From Macrostomum lignano (taxonomy: Eukaryota): a stretch of DNA of 13,646 nucleotides. The position numbers and the translations under genes are program-made. This document shows, one piece after another, positions 1 through 9,655 of this stretch (positions are counted from its first letter, which is position 1; each line of letters opens with the position of its first letter). The stretch spans positions 1 through 13,646 of the forward strand of contig NIVC01005264.1 in assembly GCA_002269645.1 (NCBI GenBank), given 5' to 3'. The notes below the pieces were generated by a model. That model saw only the letters and a list, made by a program, of their open reading frames with translations. It made no database searches and had not been told where the DNA came from.

Positions 1-3000
1 CCCCCCCGCCGTCTCGCGCCTGCCCCGGCGTTTCGCCCCTCCGCTCCCGGCGTGTTCTTCTGCTTCCGTCCCTTGTCTTTTGCCCGCCGTCCGTTTCTTT
101 CGCCCCTCGCCCCGGTTTCCGCTCGCGGCGCCGTTGCCTCTCCTCCCTCCCCCCGCCGTCTCGCGCCTGCCCGGCGTTCGCCCTCCGCTCTCCGCGTGTT
201 CTTCTGCTTCCGTCCCTTGTCTTTTCCCGCCGTCCCGTTTCTTTCGCCCCCTCGCCCCGGTTTCCGCTCGCGGCGCCGTTGCCTTCTCCTCCCTCCCCCC
301 CGCCGTCTCGCGCCTGCCCCGGCGTTCGCCCCTCCGCTCCGGCGTGTTCTTCTGCTTCCGCGCCCTTGTCTTTTGCCCGCCGTCCGTTTCTTTCGCCTCG
401 CCCCGTTGCCGCTCGCGGCGCCGTTGCCTTCTCCTCCTCCCCCCGCCGTCTCGCGCCTGCCCCGGCGTTCGCCCCTCCGCTCCGCGTGTTCTTCTGCTTC
501 CGTGCCCCTTGTCTTTTGCCCGCCGTCCGTTGTTTCGCCCCCTCGCCCCGGTTTCCGCTCGCGGCGCCGTTGCCTTCTCCTCCCTCCCCCGCCGTCTCGC
601 GCCTGCCCGGCGTTCGCCCCCTCCGCCTCCCGGGTGTTCTTCTGCTTCCGCGCCCTTGTCTTTTTGCCCGCCGTCCGTTTTCGCCCCCTCGCCCCGTTTC
701 CGCTCGCGGCGCCGTTGCCTTCTCCTCCCTCCCCCCCGCCGTCTCGCGCCTGCCCCGGTTCGCCCTCCGCTTCCGGCGTGTTCTTCTGCTTCCGCGCCTT
801 GTCTTTTGCCGCCGTCCGTTTCTTTCGCCCCCTCCCCCGGTTTCCGCTCGCGGCGCCGTTGCCTTCTCCTCTCCCCCCCGCCGTCTCGCGCCTGCCCGGC
901 GTTCGCCCTCCGCTCCCGGCGTGTTCTTCTGCTTCCGGCCCTTGTCTTTTGCCCGCCGTCCGTTTCTTTCGCCCCTCGCCCGGTTTCCGCTCGCGCGCCG
1001 TTGCCTTCTCCTCCCTCCCCCGCCGTCTCGCGCCTGCCCCGGCGTTTCGCCCCTCCGCTCCCGGCGTGTTCTTCTGCTTCCGTGCCCTTGTCTTTTGCCC
1101 GCCCGTCCGTTTTGTTTCGCCCCCTCGCCCCGGTTTCCGCTCGCGGCGCCGTTGCCTTCTCCTCCCTCCCCCGCCGTCTCGCGCCTGCCCCGGCGTTCGC
1201 CCTCCGCTCCCGCGTGTTCTTCTGCTTCCGTGCCCTTGTCTTTTGCCCGCGTCCGTTTCTTTCGCCCCCTCGCCCCGGTTTCCGCTCGCGGCGCCGTTGC
1301 CTTCTCCTCCCTCCCCCCCGCCGTCTCGCGCCTGCCCCGGCGTTCGCCCCTCCGCTCCGCGGCGTGTTCTTCTGCTTCCGTCCCTTGTCTTTTGCCCGCC
1401 GTCCGTTTGTTTCGCCCCCTCGCCCGGTTTCCGCTCGCGGCGCCGTTGCTCTCCCTCCCCCCGCCGTCTCGCGCCTGCCCGGCGTTCGCCCCTCCGCTCC
1501 CGGCGTGTTCTTCTGCTTCCGTGCCCTTGTCTTTGCCCGCCGTCCGTTTGTTTCGCCCCCTCGCCCCGGTTTCCGCTCGCGGCGCCGTTGCCTTCTCCTC
1601 CCTCCCCCCGCCGTCTCGCGCCTGCCCCCGGCGTTCGCCCCTCCGCTCCCGGCGTGTTTCTTCTGCTTCCGCGCCCTTGTCTTTTGCCCGCCGTCCGTTT
1701 CTTTCGCCCCCTCGCCCCGGTTTCCGCTCGCGGCGCCGTTGCCTCTCCTCCCTCCCCCCCGCCGTCTCGCGCCTGCCCCGGCGTTCGCCCCTCCGCTCCC
1801 GGCGCGTTCTTCTGCTTCCGTCCCCTTGTCTTTTGCCCGCCGTCCGTTTTTTCGCCCCCTCGCCCCGGTTTCCGCTCGCGGCGCCGTTGCCTTCTCCTCC
1901 CTCCCCCGCCGTCTCGCGCCTGCCCCGGCGTTCGCCCCTCCGCTCCCGGCGTGTTCTTCTGCTTCCGTGCCCTTGTCTTTTGCCCGCCGTCCGTTTCTTT
2001 CGCCCCTCGCCCGGTTTCCGCTCGCGGCGCCGTTGCCTTCTCCTCCCTCCCCCCGCCGTCTCGCGCCTGCCCCGGCGTTCGCCCCTCCGGCTCCGCGTGT
2101 TCTTCTGCTTCCGCGCCTTGTCTTTTGCCCGCCGTCCGTTTGTTTCGCCCCTCGCCCCGGTTTCCGCTCGCGGCGCCGTTGCCTTCTCCTCCCTCCCCCC
2201 CGCCGTCTCGCGCCTGCCCCGGCGTTCGCCCTCCGCTCCCGGCGTGTTCTTCTGCTTCCGGCCCTTGTCTTTTGCCCGCCGTCCGTTTCTTTCGCCCCCT
2301 CGCCCCGGTTTCCGCTCGCGGCGCCGTTGCCTTCTCCTCCCTCCCCCCCGACGTCTCGCGCCTGCCCCGGCGTTCGCCCTCCGCTCCCGGCGTGTTCTTC
2401 TGCTTCCGTGCACTTGTCTTTTGCCCGCCGTCCGTTTTTTTCGCCCCCTCGCCCGGTTTCCGCTCGCGGCGCCGTTGCCTTCTCCTCCTCCCCCCCGCCG
2501 TCTCGCGCCTGCCCCGGCGTTCGCCCCTCCGCTTCCGCGCGTGTTCTTCTGCTTCCGTGCCCTTGTCTTTTGCCCGCCGTCCGTTTTGTTTCGCCCCCTC
2601 GCCCCGGTTTCCGCTCGCGGCGCCGTTGCCTTCTCCTCCCTCCCCCCGCCGTCTCGCGCCTGCCCCGGCGTTCGCCCCTCCGCTCCCGGCGTGTTCTTCT
2701 GCTTCCGTGCCCTTGTCTTTTGCCCGCCGTCCGTTTGTTTCGCCCCTCGCCCCGGTTTCCGCTCGCGGCGCCGTTGCCTTCTCCTCCCTCCCCCGCCGTC
2801 TCGCGCCTGCCCCGGCGTTCGCCCCTCCGCTCCCGGCGTGTTCTTCTGCTTCCGTGCCCTTGTCTTTTGCCCGCCGTCCGTTTTTTCGCCCCCTCGCCCC
2901 GGTTTCCGCTCGCGGCGCCGTTGCCTTCTCCTCCCTCCCCCCCGCCGTCTCGCGCCTGCCCCGGCGTTCGCCCTCCGCTCCCGGCGTGTTCTTCTGCTTC

Positions 3001-6000
3001 CGTGCCCTTGTCTTTTGCCCGCCGTCCGTTTCTTTCGCCCCCTCGCCCCGGTTTCCGCTCGCGGCGCCGTTGCCTTCTCCTCCCTCCCCCCGCCGTCTCG
3101 CGCCTGCCCCGGCGTTCGCCCCTCCGCTCCCGGCGTGTTCTTCTGCTTCCGTCCCTTGTCTTTTGCCCGCCGTCCGTTTCTTTCGCCCCCTCGCCCCGGT
3201 TTCCGCTCGCGGCGCCGTTGCCTTCTCCTCCCTCCCCCCCGCCGTCTCGCGCCTGCCCCGGCGTTCGCCCCTCCGCTCCCGGCGTGTTCTTCTGCTTCCG
3301 TGCCCTTGTCTTTTGCCCGCCGTCCGTTTCTTTCGCCCCTCGCCCCGGTTTCCGCTCGCGGCGCCGTTGCCTTCTCCTCCCTCCCCCCGCCGTCTCGCGC
3401 CTGCCCCGGCGTTCGCCCTCCGCTTCCGGCGCGTTCTTCTGCTTCCGTGCCCTTGTCTTTTGCCCGCCGTCCGTTTGTTTCGCCCCTCGCCCCGGTTTCC
3501 GCTCGCGGCGCCGTTGCCTTCTCCTCCCTCCCCGCCGTCTCGCGCCTGCCCCGGCGTTCGCCCCTCCGCTCCCGGCGTGTTCTTCTGCTTCCGTCCCTTG
3601 TCTTTTGCCCGCCGTCCGTTTGTTCGCCCCTCGCCCCGGTTTCCGCTCGCGGCGCCGTTGCCTTCTCCTCCCTCCCCCCGCCGTCTCGCGCCTGCCCCGG
3701 CGTTCGCCCCTCCGCTCCGCGCGTGTTCTTCTGCTTCCGTGCCCTTGTCTTTTGCCCGCCGTCCGTTTGTTTCGCCCCCTCGCCCCGGTTTCCGCTCGCG
3801 GCGCCGTTGCCTTCTCCTCCCTCCCCCCGCCGTCTCGCGCCTGCCCCGGCGTTCGCCCCTCCGCTCCCGGCGTGTTCTTCTGCTTCCGTGCCCTTGTCTT
3901 TTGCCCGCCGTCCGTTTCTTTCGCCCCCTCGCCCCGGTTTCCGCTCGCGGCGCCGTTGCCTTCTCCTCCCTCCCCCCGCCGTCTCGCGCCTGCCCCGGCG
4001 TTCGCCCCTCCGCTCCCGGCGTGTTCTTCTGCTTCCGTGCCCTTGTCTTTTGCCCGCCGTCCGTTTCTTTCGCCCCCTCGCCCCGGTTTCCGCTCGCGGC
4101 GCCGTTGCCTTCTCCTCCCTCCCCCCCGCCGTCTCGCGCCTGCCCCGGCGTTCGCCCCTCCGCTCCCGGCGTGTTCTTCTGCTTCCGTGCCCTTGTCTTT
4201 TGCCCGCCGTCCGTTTGTTTCGCCCCTCGCCCCGGTTTCCGCTCGCGGCGCCGTTGCCTTCTCCTCCCTCCCCCCCGCCGTCTCGCGCCTGCCCCGGCGT
4301 TCGCCCCTCCGCTCCCGGCGTGTTCTTCTGCTTCCGTGCCCTTGTCTTTTGCCCGCCGTCCGTTTGTTTCGCCCCTCGCCCCGGTTTCCGCTCGCGGCGC
4401 CGTTGCCTTCTCCTCCCTCCCCCCCGCCGTCTCGCGCCTGCCCGGCGTTCGCCCTCCGCTCCCGGCGTGTTCTTCTGCTTCCGTGCCCTTGTCTTTTGCC
4501 CGCCGTCCGTTTTTCGCCCCTCGCCCCGGTTTCCGCTCGCGGCGCCGTTGCCTTCTCCTCCCTCCCCCCGCCGTCTCGCGCCTGCCCCGGCGTTCGCCCC
4601 TCCGCTCCCGGCGTGTTCTTCTGCTTCCGTGCCCTTGTCTTTTGCCCGCCGTCCGTTTTTCGCCCCCTCGCCCCGGTTTCCGCTCGCGGCGCCGTTGCCT
4701 TCTCCTCCCTCCCCCCCGCCGTCTCGCGCCTGCCCCGGCGTTCGCCCTCCGCTCCCGGCGTGTTCTTCTGCTTCCGTGCCCTTGTCTTTTGCCCGCCGTC
4801 CGTTTCTTTCGCCCCCTCGCCCCGGTTTCCGCTCGCGGCGCCGTTGCCTTCTCCTCCCTCCCCCCGCCGTCTCGCGCCTGCCCCGGCGTTCGCCCCTCCG
4901 CTCCCGGCGTGTTCTTCTGCTTCCGTGCCCTTGTCTTTTGCCCGCCGTCCGTTTCTTTCGCCCCCTCGCCCCGGTTTCCGCTCGCGGCGCCGTTGCCTTC
5001 TCCTCCCTCCCCCCCGCCGTCTCGCGCCTGCCCCGGCGTTCGCCCCTCCGCTCCCGGCGTGTTCTTCTGCTTCCGTGCCCTTGTCTTTTGCCCGCCGTCC
5101 GTTTCTTTCGCCCCCTCGCCCCGGTTTCCGCTCGCGGCGCCGTTGCCTTCTCCTCCCTCCCCCCCGCCGTCTCGCGCCTGCCCCGGCGTTCGCCCCTCCG
5201 CTCCCGGCGTGTTCTTCTGCTTCCGTGCCCTTGTCTTTTGCCCGCCGTCCGTTTGTTTCGCCCCCTCGCCCCGGTTTCCGCTCGCGGCGCCGTTGCCTTC
5301 TCCTCCCTCCCCCCGCCGTCTCGCGCCTGCCCCGGCGTTCGCCCTCCGCTCCCGGCGTGTTCTTCTGCTTCCGTGCCCTTGTCTTTTGCCCGCCGTCCGT
5401 TTTTTCGCCCCCTCGCCCCGGTTTCCGCTCGCGGCGCCGTTGCCTTCTCCTCCCTCCCCCCGCCGTCTCGCGCCTGCCCCGGCGTTCGCCCCTCCGCTCC
5501 CGGCGTGTTCTTCTGCTTCCGTGCCCTTGTCTTTTGCCCGCCGTCCGTTTTTCGCCCCTCGCCCCGGTTTCCGCTCGCGGCGCCGTTGCCTTCTCCTCCC
5601 TCCCCCCGCCGTCTCGCGCCTGCCCCGGCGTTCGCCCTCCGCTCCCGGCGTGTTCTTCTGCTTCCGTGCCCTTGTCTTTTGCCCGCCGTCCGTTTCTTTC
5701 GCCCCCTCGCCCCGGTTTCCGCTCGCGGCGCCGTTGCCTTCTCCTCCCTCCCCCCGCCGTCTCGCGCCTGCCCCGGCGTTCGCCCCTCCGCTCCCGGCGT
5801 GTTCTTCTGCTTCCGTGCCCTTGTCTTTTGCCCGCCGTCCGTTTGTTTCGCCCCCTCGCCCCGGTTTCCGCTCGCGGCGCCGTTGCCTTCTCCTCCCTCC
5901 CCCCGCCGTCTCGCGCCTGCCCCGGCGTTCGCCCCTCCGCTCCCGGCGTGTTCTTCTGCTTCCGTGCCCTTGTCTTTTGCCCGCCGTCCGTTTCTTTCGC

Positions 6001-9000
6001 CCCTCGCCCCGGTTTCCGCTCGCGGCGCCGTTGCCTTCTCCTCCCTCCCCCCGCCGTCTCGCGCCTGCCCCGGCGTTCGCCCCTCCGCTCCCGGCGTGTT
6101 CTTCTGCTTCCGTGCCCTTGTCTTTTGCCCGCCGTCCGTTTTTTCGCCCCCTCGCCCCGGTTTCCGCTCGCGGCGCCGTTGCCTTCTCCTCCCTCCCCCC
6201 GCCGTCTCGCGCCTGCCCCGGCGTTCGCCCCTCCGCTCCCGGCGTGTTCTTCTGCTTCCGTGCCCTTGTCTTTTGCCCGCCGTCCGTTTGTTTCGCCCCC
6301 TCGCCCCGGTTTCCGCTCGCGGCGCCGTTGCCTTCTCCTCCCTCCCCCCGCCGTCTCGCGCCTGCCCCGGCGTTCGCCCCTCCGCTCCCGGCGTGTTCTT
6401 CTGCTTCCGTGCCCTTGTCTTTTGCCCGCCGTCCGTTTCTTTCGCCCCCTCGCCCCGGTTTCCGCTCGCGGCGCCGTTGCCTTCTCCTCCCTCCCCCCGC
6501 CGTCTCGCGCCTGCCCCGGCGTTCGCCCCTCCGCTCCCGGCGTGTTCTTCTGCTTCCGTGCCCTTGTCTTTTGCCCGCCGTCCGTTTCTTTCGCCCCCTC
6601 GCCCCGGTTTCCGCTCGCGGCGCCGTTGCCTTCTCCTCCTCCCCCCCGCCGTCTCGCGCCTGCCCCGGCGTTCGCCCCTCCGCTCCCGGCGTGTTCTTCT
6701 GCTTCCGTGCCCTTGTCTTTTGCCCGCCGTCCGTTTCTTTCGCCCCCTCGCCCCGGTTTCCGCTCGCGGCGCCGTTGCCTTCTCCTCCCTCCCCCCCGCC
6801 GTCTCGCGCCTGCCCCGGCGTTCGCCCTCCGCTCCCGGCGTGTTCTTCTGCTTCCGTGCCCTTGTCTTTTGCCCGCCGTCCGTTTTTTCGCCCCTCGCCC
6901 CGGTTTCCGCTCGCGGCGCCGTTGCCTTCTCCTCCCTCCCCCCCGCCGTCTCGCGCCTGCCCCGTTCGCCCTCCGCTCCCGGCGTGTTCTTCTGCTTCCG
7001 TGCCCTTGTCTTTTGCCCGCCGTCCGTTTCTTTCGCCCCCTCGCCCCGGTTTCCGCTCGCGGCGCCGTTGCCTTCTCCTCCCTCCCCCCCGCCGTCTCGC
7101 GCCTGCCCCGGCGTTCGCCCTCCGCTCCCGGCGTGTTCTTCTGCTTCCGTGCCCTTGTCTTTTGCCCGCCGTCCGTTTCTTTCGCCCCCTCGCCCCGGTT
7201 TCCGCTCGCGGCGCCGTTGCCTTCTCCTCCCTCCCCCCCGCCGTCTCGCGCCTGCCCCGGCGTTCGCCCCTCCGCTCCCGGCGTGTTCTTCTGCTTCCGT
7301 GCCCTTGTCTTTTGCCCGCCGTCCGTTTGTTTCGCCCCCTCGCCCCGGTTTCCGCTCGCGGCGCCGTTGCCTTCTCCTCCCTCCCCCCCGTCTCGCGCCT
7401 GCCCCGGCGTTCGCCCCTCCGCTCCCGGCGTGTTCTTCTGCTTCCGTGCCCTTGTCTTTTGCCCGCCGTCCGTTTGTTTCGCCCCCTCGCCCCGGTTTCC
7501 GCTCGCGGCGCCGTTGCCTTCTCCTCCTCCCCCCGCCGTCTCGCGCCTGCCCCGGCGTTCGCCCCTCCGCTCCCGGCGTGTTCTTCTGCTTCCGTGCCCT
7601 TGTCTTTTGCCCGCCGTCCGTTTCTTTCGCCCCCTCGCCCCGGTTTCCGCTCGCGGCGCCGTTGCCTTCTCCTCCCTCCCCCCGCCGTCTCGCGCCTGCC
7701 CCGGCGTTCGCCCTCCGCTCCCGGCGTGTTCTTCTGCTTCCGTGCCCTTGTCTTTTGCCCGCCGTCCGTTTGTTTCGCCCCCTCGCCCCGGTTTCCGCTC
7801 GCGGCGCCGTTGCCTTCTCCTCCCTCCCCCCCGCCGTCTCGCGCCTGCCCCGGCGTTCGCCCCTCCGCTCCCGGCGTGTTCTTCTGCTTCCGTGCCCTTG
7901 TCTTTTGCCCGCCGTCCGTTTCTTTCGCCCCCTCGCCCCGGTTTCCGCTCGCGGCGCCGTTGCCTTCTCCTCCCTCCCCCCCGCCGTCTCGCGCCTGCCC
8001 CGGCGTTCGCCCCTCCGCTCCCGGCGTGTTCTTCTGCTTCCGTGCCCTTGTCTTTTGCCCGCCGTCCGTTTCTTTCGCCCCTCGCCCCGGTTTCCGCTCG
8101 CGGCGCCGTTGCCTTCTCCTCCCTCCCCCCCGCCGTCTCGCGCCTGCCCCGGCGTTCGCCCCTCCGCTCCCGGCGTGTTCTTCTGCTTCCGTGCCCTTGT
8201 CTTTTGCCCGCCGTCCGTTTGTTTCGCCCCCTCGCCCCGGTTTCCGCTCGCGGCGCCGTTGCCTTCTCCTCCCTCCCCCCCGCCGTCTCGCGCCTGCCCC
8301 GGCGTTCGCCCCTCCGCTCCCGGCGTGTTCTTCTGCTTCCGTGCCCTTGTCTTTTGCCCGCCGTCCGTTTCTTTCGCCCCCTCGCCCCGGTTTCCGCTCG
8401 CGGCGCCGTTGCCTTCTCCTCCCTCCCCCGCCGTCTCGCGCCTGCCCCGGCGTTCGCCCCTCCGCTCCCGGCGTGTTCTTCTGCTTCCGTGCCCTTGTCT
8501 TTTGCCCGCCGTCCGTTTGTTTCGCCCCCTCGCCCCGGTTTCCGCTCGCGGCGCCGTTGCCTTCTCCTCCCTCCCCCCGCCGTCTCGCGCCTGCCCCGGC
8601 GTTCGCCCCTCCGCTCCCGGCGTGTTCTTCTGCTTCCGTGCCCTTGTCTTTTGCCCGCCGTCCGTTTGTTTCGCCCCCTCGCCCCGGTTTCCGCTCGCGG
8701 CGCCGTTGCCTTCTCCTCCCTCCCCCCCGCCGTCTCGCGCCTGCCCCGGCGTTCGCCCCTCCGCTCCCGGCGTGTTCTTCTGCTTCCGTGCCCTTGTCTT
8801 TTGCCCGCCGTCCGTTTGTTTCGCCCCTCGCCCCGGTTTCCGCTCGCGGCGCCGTTGCCTTCTCCTCCCTCCCCCCGCCGTCTCGCGCCTGCCCCGGCGT
8901 TCGCCCTCCGCTCCCGGCGTGTTCTTCTGCTTCCGTGCCCTTGTCTTTTGCCCGCCGTCCGTTTTTTCGCCCCCTCGCCCCGGTTTCCGCTCGCGGCGCC

Positions 9001-9655
9001 GTTGCCTTCTCCTCCCTCCCCCCCGCCGTCTCGCGCCTGCCCCGGCGTTCGCCCTCCGCTCCCGGCGTGTTCTTCTGCTTCCGTGCCCTTGTCTTTTGCC
9101 CGCCGTCCGTTTGTTTCGCCCCCTCGCCCCGGTTTCCGCTCGCGGCGCCGTTGCCTTCTCCTCCCTCCCCCGCCGTCTCGCGCCTGCCCCGGCGTTCCCT
9201 CCGCTCCCGGCGTTTCTTCTGCTCCGGCTTGCCGCCGTCTCGCGCCTGCCCCGGCGTTCGCCCCTCCGCTCCCGGCGTGTTCTTCTGCTTCCGTGCCCTT
9301 GTCTTTTGCCCGCCGTCCGTTTGTTTCGCCCCCTCGCCCCGGTTTCCGCTCGCGGCGCCGTTGCCTTCTCCCCCTCCCCCCCGCCGTCTCGCGCCTGCCC
9401 CGGCGTTCGCCCCTCCGCTCCCGGCGTGTTCTTCTGCTTCCGTGCCCTTGTCTTTTGCCCGCCGTCCGTTTGTTTCGCCACCTCGCCCCGGTTTCCGCTC
9501 GCGGCGCCGTTGCCTTCTCCTCCCTCCCCCCCGCCGTCTCGCGCCTGCCCCGGCGTTCGCCCCTCCGCTCCGCGGCGTGTTCTTCTGCTTCCGTGCCTTG
9601 TCTTTTGCCGCCGTCCGTTTGTTTCGCCCCTCGCCCCGGTTTCCGCTCGCGGCGC
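1..9655 (+). other. A>C-converted copy of the same 150-bp array (about 65 copies), probably a sequencing or base-calling artefact
   Basis: Replacing every A in the native monomer with C reproduces this region: ATAACTACACCAAGCAG > CTCCCTCCCCCCCGCCG, GAAAATACGCT > GCCCCTCCGCT, TAGACAAATAGACAC > TCGCCCCCTCGCCCC, TTTAAGCTAGAGG > TTTCCGCTCGCGG. The only A bases I found are at 2351, 2412 and 9480. The conversion is seen directly; calling it an artefact is inference. Confidence 0.9.
9151..9360. repeat. Truncated or fused monomer pair (210 bp instead of 300 bp)
   Basis: Consecutive monomer starts (TTGCCTTCTC) are at 9151 and 9361. The junction at about 9221-9240 (GCTCCGGCTTGCCGCCGTCT) jumps from the middle of one monomer to position ~24-30 of the next. 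Confidence 0.85.

Noticed and set aside
1-9655. G-quadruplex or i-motif rich, CpG-island-like GC-rich region
   Set aside because: The C-runs and the 72% GC content exist only because of the A>C conversion and are absent from the native monomer.
1-9655. Illumina two-colour channel loss, or a stuck bit in 2-bit encoding, as the cause of A>C
   Set aside because: Loss of one colour channel would also convert T>G, and a stuck bit would alter a second base pair of letters. Only A is affected here, and the indel-dominated errors are long-read-like.
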